64,000 bases of DNA from a virus, in the IMG/VR virus record IMGVR_UViG_3300017761_005873, positions 65,261 to 129,260 of that record. One strand, given 5' to 3'. The notes beneath the pieces were generated by a model. It was not told the DNA's origin. It worked only from the letters and a program-made list of their open reading frames with translations, and searched no databases. The position numbers were made by a program, and so were the translations under genes. Positions 10,107 to 20,995 of this stretch are shown in pieces (within the stretch, counting starts at the first letter, position 1; each line of letters begins with the position of its first letter).

Positions 10107-10142
10107 TTTATTTCTTTATTTTAAATAGTATTTTTTTATTGT

Positions 10143-13136
10143 TTATCCATTAAAACTTAGTGAACTTGTAGATTTATTTACAACAAATGTTAGACCAATA
10201 AACTCAACTGCACCTATTGGTAACAAGTCAATCACAAAGTAGATTTCATTTCTATCTCTACTTTCAGGTGTATTTAATGTATTATCTAATCTAACTCTAA
10301 ATGTTTGTAAACCTCTGTTATCTTGAATAACTTTAAGTTTCTTATTAGATTCTGCAATAAAGTTAGTTGCTAACACATCATCATTTGGTTCAAATAAGTA
10401 AAGTCTAGCTTGAGAAGAAATAATTTGTTTTGCATAAAGAAGAAGTCTTCTTACATCAATTCTATCAAGTTTTGAATCTGCAATTTGTAATGTTTTCTGA
10501 CCATAAATGAATACACCAGGAGTATTATTAGAGAATTTAACAATTGGATTTAATCTTGCAAGGTATAATGTATCCCTATCGGATTCTTTAAATGTTTTTC
10601 TTACATCTCTAGCATTTGGAAGACCACCTCTATTTAAACCTGCTGTTGCAAACCAAATAAATGATGTTCTATCAGCTAAAGCCATCGCTCTTAAAACTTC
10701 ACCTGTTGGTGGAATGTAAATGTTTGTATTTGAATCAGGGTCTTTTCTTCTAATGTATGGTACATAAGTAGCAGCATAAGAAGAATCAATATCTGTTGAC
10801 TCTAAATCAACTGCATAAGAATTTGCTGCAACTGTTGAAGTATCATTAGCACCAGCATCAGGAGCATCAATAATATAAAGTGCATCTTGACGAATTTCTT
10901 CAATAATACTAATTGTATCTTCAACAAGACCTAAATTATCAGACCAATTTATACCTGGTGTTGCAAATAAATTAATTGGTGTTCTTTCAGTATCTTCATA
11001 AACTCTATATGCTTCAAGATATGCATCATAATCACAACCTTCAAAATATGAATTACCTCCACCTGGATTAAAGATAGATGTAATTGACCTTCCACCTACA
11101 ACTTCATAATTTACATCCCAACCATCAAATCCACCATATGGAACAACTACAAACTTTCTTGTAGTAATATCTGAATAAACTCCTGTATTATTAAATTGAC
11201 CTGCACCAACAGAAAATTCACCAATTAAATATGATGATGCTGTATATTTTCCTGTTGCATTAACATCAAAATGGAAACCTTTTGTTTTATAAGAAGATTG
11301 ACCACCAAATGTTGTATTTGGTCCATAAAACTTAAACATATCATCATTAATTGACAAACCTTTAGTTCCAGGTGCATCAAAAGCTTTTTCCGAAATACCT
11401 AAATATGTTTTTAAAACTTTATCTGTTGCTGTATAACCTGTTTTATATAACATTACAGGTGTTGCAGCACTAACTGAATCAGTAGTACTAACACTAAACA
11501 ATGGTAAATGATAACCTTCAAAACCAGCAGGTATTGAATCAACAGGTGCATCAACGTGTACATTTACATAAACATATGCCGATTTAGCATCTTCTAAGAA
11601 TGAATCTTCAGCATTACTATAAACACCACCAATTCTTCTCATAATGAAATTATTACTTTCTGGGTCCATAACACATCTTCCAAATCTTTCAAGAATTGAT
11701 GGATTTGTATCTGTATCATTGTAATCTCTAATAATAATATCAAATTCTAATGTATTAAAATTAATATTTTCAACTGCAACCTTTATTTCTTTATTTGCAG
11801 AATCACCATCAGAATATGAAATAAATTTAAATAATCTACTGATTTTACTTCCATATAACTCAGAAACAATCCAAGGTGTTTCAGGTGTAGTATAACCAAC
11901 ACCTAAATTGTAATCTGAAAACGATGCCGAAGAAGTACCACCTAATTGTATTATATCTTTAATTTCATTTATTTTACCATCTGTAGTAAGTTTTTTTATT
12001 AAATCAGGATAAATAGCTTCACACCATACATTTGCTTTAGTATCGCTATTTTTCCTTCCCATTGCTTTTGTAATGAAATTTGATGAAGTAGAATCTAAAT
12101 TAAATGTTAGTGTTTCACTAACAGTTGCACCATATGCTGTAATAGTAATATTAGATAAAGGGATTGCATTATTAAATGTAGCTGTAACAGAAGAAATGTT
12201 AAATGTAGCATTTTCTTGTGAACCCTGACCTCTACTTCTTAAAATTGCTACCACCATGTTTTCATAAACAGGGTCAGTTTTTGCTGTAAATGTAAAAGCA
12301 CTATATGATGCAACTCCTGATGCAGGTGTTACTTTTTCACTTGCAGAAAATGTAGTTGCTGTATATCTAATTGAACTTGTTAGAGAACTAGAAACATATC
12401 CACTAACAACTAAAAAAGCTGTTAAACCTGTGTAAGTACTAGTTGTAGAATCATAAGCCCATATAAGTGGTAAATTATTCAAACTAGTTCCTGTTGTTGC
12501 TGTTGCACTTACAAGAGATATACCATAAAGTGTTTGACCTGTATAACTTGTAATTCCAGTAACTGAACCTGTTGCTGCACTAGTTGCTGCACTAACTGTA
12601 GATGATGAAGCCGAAAAACCTGAAATTTTTAGATAAACAGTTTGTGCAGTTGCAACTGAATTTGTTTTATTATATATTAAAGGTAAATTGTTATAATCAC
12701 CATTACCAGTAATATTAATACCTAAGAATGTTGATGTTGAAACAGAGACAGAACCACTTATTTCAGTAGTAGTTAATGCTGTTGAAGAAACAGGTGCGCC
12801 AACTCTAATAGCCCAACCCAAACCTGCATTATAACCTGATTTTCCAAGAATTCTTGTAAAATAAAGTTGACTACCTTCTTCTAAAAAAGTATTAGCATAT
12901 GTTGGTGCGAGAAATTTCATTTTTCCTGAACCATCTATAAATTTTTCAGCAGATGTACCACCAAAATATCTTCTAAATTCTGCTTTTGATGTAACCAAAA
13001 TTGACGCAAATGCTGGTCCTTTTAATGATTCACCTGCCATACCAACTGAGGTAATGCCTAGTGATGCAGTTGAAGCGAAACTTCTGTCTATTTCTTGAAA
13101 TTTAACGCTAGGGGATTTAAAATTAAAATTTGCCAT
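10143..13136 (-). CDS. contractile tail sheath protein (gp18-like) with Ser/Thr-rich insertion
   Basis: SPSVKFQEIDRS N-terminus, KGPAF, WFATAGLNRG, LNPI, YGQKTLQ, LDRIDVRRLL, FEPND. Confidence 0.93.
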   Translation of the reverse strand: MANFNFKSPSVKFQEIDRSFASTASLGITSVGMAGESLKGPAFASILVTSKAEFRRYFGGTSAEKFIDGSGKMKFLAPTYANTFLEEGSQLYFTRILGKSGYNAGLGWAIRVGAPVSSTALTTTEISGSVSVSTSTFLGINITGNGDYNNLPLIYNKTNSVATAQTVYLKISGFSASSSTVSAATSAATGSVTGITSYTGQTLYGISLVSATATTGTSLNNLPLIWAYDSTTSTYTGLTAFLVVSGYVSSSLTSSIRYTATTFSASEKVTPASGVASYSAFTFTAKTDPVYENMVVAILRSRGQGSQENATFNISSVTATFNNAIPLSNITITAYGATVSETLTFNLDSTSSNFITKAMGRKNSDTKANVWCEAIYPDLIKKLTTDGKINEIKDIIQLGGTSSASFSDYNLGVGYTTPETPWIVSELYGSKISRLFKFISYSDGDSANKEIKVAVENINFNTLEFDIIIRDYNDTDTNPSILERFGRCVMDPESNNFIMRRIGGVYSNAEDSFLEDAKSAYVYVNVHVDAPVDSIPAGFEGYHLPLFSVSTTDSVSAATPVMLYKTGYTATDKVLKTYLGISEKAFDAPGTKGLSINDDMFKFYGPNTTFGGQSSYKTKGFHFDVNATGKYTASSYLIGEFSVGAGQFNNTGVYSDITTRKFVVVPYGGFDGWDVNYEVVGGRSITSIFNPGGGNSYFEGCDYDAYLEAYRVYEDTERTPINLFATPGINWSDNLGLVEDTISIIEEIRQDALYIIDAPDAGANDTSTVAANSYAVDLESTDIDSSYAATYVPYIRRKDPDSNTNIYIPPTGEVLRAMALADRTSFIWFATAGLNRGGLPNARDVRKTFKESDRDTLYLARLNPIVKFSNNTPGVFIYGQKTLQIADSKLDRIDVRRLLLYAKQIISSQARLYLFEPNDDVLATNFIAESNKKLKVIQDNRGLQTFRVRLDNTLNTPESRDRNEIYFVIDLLPIGAVEFIGLTFVVNKSTSSLSFNG

Positions 13137-13178
13137 TTTATAATATAGTTTATTATAACTAGTTTTTTATTTTAAACT

Positions 13179-14138
13179 TTAATTAATTTTTATATTTTTA
13201 GCCAATAAATTTTCAATGTTTTGTAATTCCTTTCTTAAATCTTCTATTTTATAAAGAGAATTTTGTGAATATGTTGGAGGTATACTAGGATGTTGATGTA
13301 TATGATTTAAAAACACCTCTGTCAATGTTCTTAAATATTGAATAGTCAATTCTCCATAAAGCATTGATTGAGCATTTTTTTTTAATTCATTAACATCATC
13401 TTTTGTTATAGTTTTTTTAAATCTAAATCTACCTTTATGTGATATTAAATAAATTTCATCACCTGCTGTTAAACTGTATGAACTATTTTCATCTATAAAT
13501 TCTAAAATTGAATATACAGGATTTTGAAAATTTGGTTCGGATGGTTTATCTTTTTTATGTTTACCTGCTCTTAATTTAATTTTATTATCAGATTGTGATA
13601 TTTCAGTATTATTTCTACCAACAATATTAACTTCATTTACACCATTTTCATTATCAATGGGAAAAATAGTTCTTTCTGTATTTTTTTTATTTTTTGATTT
13701 AACTTGTAATGGGTCATAATTAATGCTTTTTGTTATAATAGAATTTGAACTTATATCATTAATTATATCTTGGGTATCATTTTTTATATATTCATAATTT
13801 GTTATTATTGGACCTATCCAAAATCTATTTGATAAAATTTGTGATTCTTTTTCTTTTTTTGCATCAGCAAAAAATACCAAAACTGCCTCACCAATTTTTG
13901 GCATTACATGAACAATTCTTGACATTAATGGATATACATATGGTAAAGAATCAATTGGTGTTTTTGATTGGTCTATACCACTAATAAATACTTTTATTCT
14001 TCCTGTATTATTATCATCATCAATACTTACAACTTTAGCAATATAAATATTTTTATTCAATGACAATGGTACATTTGTTCCAAATGAACTTTTTTGAAAA
14101 TTCTTACCATACGTTAATTCACCACCAATTTCAGACAT
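13179..14138 (-). CDS. baseplate spike/hub (gp5/VgrG-type OB fold)
   Basis: AKVVSIDD...GRIKV, PKIGEAVLV, RFWIG, C-terminal HIHQH. Confidence 0.75.
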   Translation of the reverse strand: MSEIGGELTYGKNFQKSSFGTNVPLSLNKNIYIAKVVSIDDDNNTGRIKVFISGIDQSKTPIDSLPYVYPLMSRIVHVMPKIGEAVLVFFADAKKEKESQILSNRFWIGPIITNYEYIKNDTQDIINDISSNSIITKSINYDPLQVKSKNKKNTERTIFPIDNENGVNEVNIVGRNNTEISQSDNKIKLRAGKHKKDKPSEPNFQNPVYSILEFIDENSSYSLTAGDEIYLISHKGRFRFKKTITKDDVNELKKNAQSMLYGELTIQYLRTLTEVFLNHIHQHPSIPPTYSQNSLYKIEDLRKELQNIENLLAKNIKIN

Positions 14139-14140
14139 AA

Positions 14141-17100
14141 TTATAAAGGTAATTGTATTGTATAAGTCTGACTATATGTTACAGAACTTAAATTTATATT
14201 ATTTATTGTTTTAAAATATTTTTTAGAAGCAATTCTATAAAAATAAGATAATCCAAGAACTAAACTATTTGGTGGTGTTGATAAATCTACCCAATTAAAA
14301 ATTTGTGAATAAGATACATTTATATAATCATATGGAGTGTCAACGCTATAAATACTTGTACCTGTTAAACCTGTGTTTGTTATATTATAAAATTCATGAG
14401 TAAAATTACCAATAACATTATTTGGTATTTGGTTTTGTATTGACCAATTAATTTGATAAGTTGGACCTGTTGCATCAATTGAAGCACCACCACCATAAGG
14501 TGCAAAGTAAGCAACACTTAATACTGTTGGGTCTGTAATTGCAAAAGTTAAAATAATTTTACTTGTATCAAAAGCAGATATAGAATAGTCAATATTTTCA
14601 CTTAACAAAACACCATTCCAATAAACAATAATATCACTATTAGCAATTCTATTATATGTTAAATTAATTTCATATTTTGAAGTTGTTATATTATATGTAA
14701 TACTTGTAGAACCTGTATATTGGAAATCTTCTTTTATTAATCTATTAACACTATTTGGATTCTTATAATATGATACTGTAAGTACATCACCATGTTCAGA
14801 TGTTAATCTTTGAAATAAAGTAAAACTACGATTTCTTATAGAAGGTACAAGTATTGTATTATCAATGTCATACTCTAACCCCTCTTGTAATGTTACACCA
14901 TTAACTGCTACAATTATATCACCAATTGGTTCATTTTGTAATATAAATTTAGAAAATTCAGGTACACTAATAACAGTTGATTCAACAACCAATCCTTCTG
15001 TTTCTTGCACATTAGGGAAAGTTAAAATTGGTTCATCAGGATTACAATTTGAAACAAAATAATAGTCAACATCCTTATTATAATTTCTAAATAATGGTGT
15101 ATAATTGGTCTTAGGTATCAATGAAGAAATTTTTGAACCTGAAGATAAACTAAATTTAGTATAATCAAAAAATCTTATACTATTCCTATAATTTTTATTA
15201 TAAGCAGAATAAATAAATTCTTCATACATATTATATGGTTTCTGTGGTGCAAATATCTGTTCTTCTTGTGAGCAACCACTATACATAAAATATGGTTTTA
15301 TAATATATTCAGAATCACATCTTAATAATGAATCATCAATTAATGTTGATATAGTTGTTGATGTTGTAAATGCCGTAGAAGTTGCACTAAATGTATATAC
15401 AGGGATATCATCAAAACCTAAAATAATAGGTGAGTTATTATATTTATGGACACCATAATAAAATTCAGTTGTTGCTGCTGTTAATGTTTCAGTTCCTGAT
15501 GTAAAATTAAAAGAAACAGTATGACCTGTTCCTGTTGATTTTTCATATAATGAATTATTTGTTAAACTAGATAATTCTATTTTTGTTGCACCTGTTATAT
15601 CAAATGTTGGTGTTTCACTATCACAAATTACACCATCCCAAGTTGGTTGAATATTTCTAGCTTGATAAACTGAAGTTAAAAAATCCGTATCAATATTACC
15701 ATTATTACCAATTTTAACTTCTGTTGATATTGATGCAACACTTAAACTATCTTCATTATTATCAAAAAATTCAGTTTCAATCAAAATAATATTTATGTCA
15801 TCATTATTTGGTATTTCTGCATCTGGTGTAACCGTTAATTCAGTTGAAAACTCAGAACCATCATCAATACCTTGTTTATAAACAAATTTTTGTTGTGTAA
15901 ATACTGTGTTTCTAATTTTTGTACCACTATCTCTTGTTATTGTTGTTGCAGGAATAAATTGCTTTACAAAATCATCAAATATATCATCTAAATTATCGAC
16001 ATATTTCATTAATTCTATAAATCTTCTTTTATTTGAAACAACACCAATATCATTAAAAGATTCGTTTAAATAATCATAATATAATTTTGTTAATGATGGA
16101 TAATATGAACCAATAGCAGAATCACTTACTTTCCTATTTTGAACATTAATAAATTTTGAATAAACATCATTAACATATTGTGAAAATGTTAGTTCATTTG
16201 CATCAAATTTATTTGATTCTCTTTGTGGATATGGTATAGTTCTACCTGTATCTGTTACAGGATAATTATATTCTTTATTAAAATTATAAACATCACATTC
16301 AATAGCTGTTGCAATATCAATTCCTATCGAAACTTCTTTTGTATTTATTAACAATCTTGAATCATTAATATTATAATTTGTATTTCTTCCTGTTGATGAA
16401 TGTGTACTTGCACTTTCATAGTAAACCCAAGATTTTTTATTATCAACTGTTTTTACAACATCAAATCCTAAATTTCTATAAATATTTATAAAATCTTGTC
16501 CTCCATCTTCATTACCATTTGTTTGAAAATATTGAGTTGATGTAAATGTTTGATTAATAGGAAATCCATCACTATCATATGGTAATCTAATAGCATCAGG
16601 ATTATCTATTGTAATAATAGCAGCATTACTACTAATTGGTTTATCAACAACATAAACATATTCATCAAAATTTATTAAACAATCAGGCGCACCAATAAAA
16701 CTGAATATAGTTTCTAGTGCATTTCTTGTTCCTTTTGATTTCATGAACCATGCAGTATTAATAACCAATCTCCTCCATAATTCAATATCAACTTCTGCAA
16801 GTGAAGCTGTTATATCAGTATCACCTCCTTTATCATTTGCAAATACTGAAGAAATTAAATCTTTATCATTAATTATATTTCTTGCTTTCCAACCTAATGT
16901 TCTTGCAAGATTTTTAATTAATGTATCAGGAATATTATTTACTTTATCATATGAGTTTGCATTAATACTCATTAATGAATCGATGAACATTTTAACTTCA
17001 TCGATTTCTTTTCCATAAATTTTAAATATTGATTCAGATTTATATGATGTTGTTGTATCTAAATCAAGTAATGTTTTTGGAATAAATTTTCTTAATATTA

Positions 17101-18073
17101 AATTAGATTTATATTCATCATATAAATCACCAACTTCAAATAATTTTTCTAAAAACACAACATAATTTACAGATTCCGTATCTAAATTATATCCATCATA
17201 TCTTATTGGGATTGAAAATTTATACTCTTTAAATGATAAATTACCATCTTCATCAATTTCAGGTATTTTAAATACAAATGTATATTTTGGATTTGAATTT
17301 TTATTTAAAAAATATCTTTCAAGTTCATTTAATGAATTGTAAAATTTATTAAACTCAATTTCATTTGGCTTAATAATAAATTTATCACTTATTGTAGTAC
17401 TTGAAAAAGATTCAAATATATTACCATTTATATCAAAATACAAATAAGAAGAATTACCACTAGTAAATCCTGTAAATCCATTAATACTATAATCTATATT
17501 TTCATAACTTATTACATAATCTTCATATCTTTCAATAAGATTATCAATGTTTTTTGAACCAATTGCATTAAATGTACTTAAATTTAAAAAAAATGGGTTT
17601 TCAATTACAGTAATTGGAATTCTAAATGTTGACTTATCAGTAATATCATCATATAAATAATCTAAGACTGTATTATATGGTGTTCCACTAATATATGTAT
17701 TTATATATAATCCACCAGGAAATTTATTAATAATATTGTTTATCGCAACCCTATATTTTTCTTTTAATGAACCATAAACTGCATAATTTGATAAATTTAC
17801 CCTGTCAAGATTTAATTTTAATCTATCTGTTATTTTTATAAAATTATTAAGACCATCTAAATCAATAATTTTTAAATCACTAAGAGAAACATTCTTTTGT
17901 GTTACAATAATTCTCTTCTCACCTTTTATTGATTGATTTGTAGCAAATTTAGTTGTTAAATTAATATCACCATTAAATATGGTTGTATTAAAACTATCAT
18001 TAAAAACCGAAAATGACGATAATGAATATTTGTTAACCGCCTTACTACCAATGTATTTAACTTTTTTTGCCAC
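14141..18073 (-). CDS. large baseplate/tail structural protein with C-terminal Ig-like repeats
   Basis: 1310 aa, GTG start; LARTLGW and MKSKGTRNALE (tail protein I/gp7-like signature); two I.V..NGV.L....DY/EY repeats. Confidence 0.7.
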   Translation of the reverse strand: MAKKVKYIGSKAVNKYSLSSFSVFNDSFNTTIFNGDINLTTKFATNQSIKGEKRIIVTQKNVSLSDLKIIDLDGLNNFIKITDRLKLNLDRVNLSNYAVYGSLKEKYRVAINNIINKFPGGLYINTYISGTPYNTVLDYLYDDITDKSTFRIPITVIENPFFLNLSTFNAIGSKNIDNLIERYEDYVISYENIDYSINGFTGFTSGNSSYLYFDINGNIFESFSSTTISDKFIIKPNEIEFNKFYNSLNELERYFLNKNSNPKYTFVFKIPEIDEDGNLSFKEYKFSIPIRYDGYNLDTESVNYVVFLEKLFEVGDLYDEYKSNLILRKFIPKTLLDLDTTTSYKSESIFKIYGKEIDEVKMFIDSLMSINANSYDKVNNIPDTLIKNLARTLGWKARNIINDKDLISSVFANDKGGDTDITASLAEVDIELWRRLVINTAWFMKSKGTRNALETIFSFIGAPDCLINFDEYVYVVDKPISSNAAIITIDNPDAIRLPYDSDGFPINQTFTSTQYFQTNGNEDGGQDFINIYRNLGFDVVKTVDNKKSWVYYESASTHSSTGRNTNYNINDSRLLINTKEVSIGIDIATAIECDVYNFNKEYNYPVTDTGRTIPYPQRESNKFDANELTFSQYVNDVYSKFINVQNRKVSDSAIGSYYPSLTKLYYDYLNESFNDIGVVSNKRRFIELMKYVDNLDDIFDDFVKQFIPATTITRDSGTKIRNTVFTQQKFVYKQGIDDGSEFSTELTVTPDAEIPNNDDINIILIETEFFDNNEDSLSVASISTEVKIGNNGNIDTDFLTSVYQARNIQPTWDGVICDSETPTFDITGATKIELSSLTNNSLYEKSTGTGHTVSFNFTSGTETLTAATTEFYYGVHKYNNSPIILGFDDIPVYTFSATSTAFTTSTTISTLIDDSLLRCDSEYIIKPYFMYSGCSQEEQIFAPQKPYNMYEEFIYSAYNKNYRNSIRFFDYTKFSLSSGSKISSLIPKTNYTPLFRNYNKDVDYYFVSNCNPDEPILTFPNVQETEGLVVESTVISVPEFSKFILQNEPIGDIIVAVNGVTLQEGLEYDIDNTILVPSIRNRSFTLFQRLTSEHGDVLTVSYYKNPNSVNRLIKEDFQYTGSTSITYNITTSKYEINLTYNRIANSDIIVYWNGVLLSENIDYSISAFDTSKIILTFAITDPTVLSVAYFAPYGGGASIDATGPTYQINWSIQNQIPNNVIGNFTHEFYNITNTGLTGTSIYSVDTPYDYINVSYSQIFNWVDLSTPPNSLVLGLSYFYRIASKKYFKTINNINLSSVTYSQTYTIQLPL

Positions 18074-18089
18074 TTATAATGATTTATTA

Positions 18090-18110
18090 TAAATAGTTAT
18101 TAACTATTTA
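18090..18110. promoter_or_regulatory. back-to-back putative late promoters forming a perfect inverted repeat
   Basis: TAAATAGTTA-T-TAACTATTTA between divergent structural genes; each arm reads ACTATTTA on its own coding strand. Confidence 0.75.
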
Positions 18111-18122
18111 ATAAAAAGTATC

Positions 18123-20501
18123 ATGGGATTTTTAAATTTTTTAAAAAATAATAGTGAACATAGAAAATCCATAAGAGTTAATACAAATATTGGTGATAAA
18201 TTTATCAATGTTAAACTTGGTCAAACTTATGAATCTATGGATATCCTATCTTTAAAAATCTTTCAAAAAGATTTGTATAGGTTATTTGATGCCGATTATG
18301 GGATTATTGTTGGTAGAGTATTAGGTCAAGGTGTTGGAATACCAAATGCTAAAGTTTCTGTCTTTATACCATTAGATGAGGAAGATATAACTAACCCTAC
18401 AACCTTAGAAGATATTAAAAGAATAGAAGCAACTGCTTTATATCCTTTTCAAACTGTGTTTAATAAAGATGGTAATGGAAAAATTTATAATCTATTACCA
18501 AAATATGCAAGAAATAGAAATGTTAATGGCTTTCCCGATAATCCCTATGGTATTGGTGCTACACCCAAAACACCTGTTGGAACATTTCCCGAAAAAGATG
18601 AAATATTAGTAAACGAAACTGTTGCTTATGTTTATGATAAGTATTTAAAATTTACAACAGTTACAAATGAAAGTGGTGATTATATCTTAACAGTACCATC
18701 AAATAAAACATATACAATAAATATGTCTTGTGATATTACTGATATTGGTAGATTTTCAACTTGTGCTGCATTATTAAAGTTAGATGGTTATCCTGATAAC
18801 TTTTTTTCTGAAGATGGAAGAACATTAAATGAAGAAATAGAATTAGAAAGATTACCAAACATTGACATACAAAATAATTCAATTACTGTTAAACCTTTAT
18901 GGAGTCAAAATAATGATAATTCTAATGTTGGTATTAATAGATTAGATTTTAATTTGATTAAAAAAATTAAACCATTTGTTACCATTATTGGTAATCAATT
19001 TACACAAAATTCAAGAGCATGGTGGGGTGATAAAATTCAATTTAGATTTGTAATTGGTATAAGAGCATTATGTTTTGATATATTTGGTGTAAGAATACAA
19101 ATAGATTATGTAGTACCATTTTTTGCTATTAGATTATTTGTAAGAAAAATGTGTACATTAAATGGTGGAAAAGGTGATTATGAACCTTTTGAAATGAAAT
19201 TTGTGGATGCAGGTACATCATGTACTAGAAGTGAAGCAGAACAAGTAATTACAGAAGGTATGACTGATGACATTTTTATTAATTCACATGTAAAAGGTGA
19301 TTTAGATATTAAACTTTTTAATATAAAAAATACAGTTCCTGAATCTGATGCAGAATTATTAAATCAAGGTGATACTTTTACTATTAATAGTTACTCATAC
19401 GATGAAGATATTGAATTATATGATAAAAATAAATATATTTATTATCAAAATCAAGGTAGTTTTTTATTTTTAATAAATTGCAACAGAAATAAAGTTATTA
19501 CAAATGAAAATGGAGATTTAATACCTGTTGATGATAATTCAGAAAAAGGTGTATTCACATCTTTTAGAGGATATTTTTATGTTACTAATTTATCGGATAT
19601 TGATAATCCACCAACTAGATATAGAGTTGGTAAAGTAAGATTAAAAGTACCTCAATTTTTTGATTATGGAGACCTGCCATTCTTTTACCTAACTGATACT
19701 ACTAAAAAATGGATTTGGAAACATTTTAAATTTGACTTTGGTAAAATTTATAGCGTTGCTCAAAAAACTATGGTAAGAAAATCAGAATTTGATTCAAATA
19801 CGGAAGGAGAAGATGATTATACTGTTGGAAAAGATGAAGATAAAGGATTTGCTAGTCAAACAAATTTATTACTTTTTGGTTCTAGAGAAGAAGATGTAAA
19901 TATAAATAATAGACTTCAAAATTATAACACAGGTTATACAAATTATGTAAACTCTTATAATCATATAGTTAATTTGGGTATTGATATTGGTGATAATTTA
20001 CCTACTACATTTAATGACCCATATATTGCACCAGGAAGTAATACAATAACAACAGGTACTACAGGAAGTGGAGTAGTAAATCCACCACAAACAGGAAGTG
20101 GTAATTTTAGATTCTCAATTAATGGAGATTCAATTGATAACCCAATTACACATACATTTAATATGATTGTTATTGGTGGTGCTGGTAGTGTTGATGTATA
20201 TGACCCTGAAATTAATAATATTTTAATAGAAAATACACCAGATGTTAGCGATAGTAGTTTTAGTAGTTTTTCTTATTATTTTATAGATATTAGTACAGGA
20301 AATCCAACTAGTCAACCAATACCATTATCAAATCCAACAGTTGTAAATAATAATGGGATATATATAATTACAAAATCATCAATTCAAAGTTATACTTTTA
20401 TCACTTTAGATGGACCAGGTGGTGTTTTTTCATATAATTTAGTTTTTAGAAATAATGCAACAAATCAAACACAAAGTACGTTAGTAAAATTCAGATTATA
20501 A
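18123..20501 (+). CDS. virion structural protein with N-terminal beta-sandwich (carboxypeptidase-regulatory-like) segment
   Basis: YGIIVGRV...GIPNAKVSVF, TTVTNESGDY; late motif upstream. Confidence 0.65.
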   Translation: MGFLNFLKNNSEHRKSIRVNTNIGDKFINVKLGQTYESMDILSLKIFQKDLYRLFDADYGIIVGRVLGQGVGIPNAKVSVFIPLDEEDITNPTTLEDIKRIEATALYPFQTVFNKDGNGKIYNLLPKYARNRNVNGFPDNPYGIGATPKTPVGTFPEKDEILVNETVAYVYDKYLKFTTVTNESGDYILTVPSNKTYTINMSCDITDIGRFSTCAALLKLDGYPDNFFSEDGRTLNEEIELERLPNIDIQNNSITVKPLWSQNNDNSNVGINRLDFNLIKKIKPFVTIIGNQFTQNSRAWWGDKIQFRFVIGIRALCFDIFGVRIQIDYVVPFFAIRLFVRKMCTLNGGKGDYEPFEMKFVDAGTSCTRSEAEQVITEGMTDDIFINSHVKGDLDIKLFNIKNTVPESDAELLNQGDTFTINSYSYDEDIELYDKNKYIYYQNQGSFLFLINCNRNKVITNENGDLIPVDDNSEKGVFTSFRGYFYVTNLSDIDNPPTRYRVGKVRLKVPQFFDYGDLPFFYLTDTTKKWIWKHFKFDFGKIYSVAQKTMVRKSEFDSNTEGEDDYTVGKDEDKGFASQTNLLLFGSREEDVNINNRLQNYNTGYTNYVNSYNHIVNLGIDIGDNLPTTFNDPYIAPGSNTITTGTTGSGVVNPPQTGSGNFRFSINGDSIDNPITHTFNMIVIGGAGSVDVYDPEINNILIENTPDVSDSSFSSFSYYFIDISTGNPTSQPIPLSNPTVVNNNGIYIITKSSIQSYTFITLDGPGGVFSYNLVFRNNATNQTQSTLVKFRL

Positions 20502-20518
20502 AATAATAATTTAAAAAT

Positions 20519-20995
20519 ATGGCAAAAGTTTTAGGATTCGCAATAAAAAATCAATGGATAAATTTTACTTTATACTTTCCAAATTTTATGTATAAAACCA
20601 AAAGAAATCCTGCTAACAATAAATTTTGTGATTGGATAATACCTTTAAATGGATACAGTAGATTAAATTCAAATTTACAACCAATAGGTGGAAAACAAAA
20701 AGATACACAATTTTTGGGTGATGGAAAACATTATCAAACAGATTTTGTTGAAATTGATAAAGATGATTTTGTAAATGTTTTTTATACTGAATTATTTACA
20801 TTAAATAATATACCATACCTTCAATATGGTATGAGAATAGATAAAAGTAGACTAAAAGGCACTTACAAAAGAGATAATACAACAATCAATACAAACCAAG
20901 AATCAAGTAATAACGACCAAACACAATATTATTTTTTAAAGGGAGTAATGAATAATGATATATTACAATATTTAGTAGATTCAAAAATAATTTAA
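20519..20995 (+). CDS. putative virion structural protein
   Basis: 158 aa in the late operon; NQWINFTLY and YYFLKG motifs. Confidence 0.55.
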   Translation: MAKVLGFAIKNQWINFTLYFPNFMYKTKRNPANNKFCDWIIPLNGYSRLNSNLQPIGGKQKDTQFLGDGKHYQTDFVEIDKDDFVNVFYTELFTLNNIPYLQYGMRIDKSRLKGTYKRDNTTINTNQESSNNDQTQYYFLKGVMNNDILQYLVDSKII

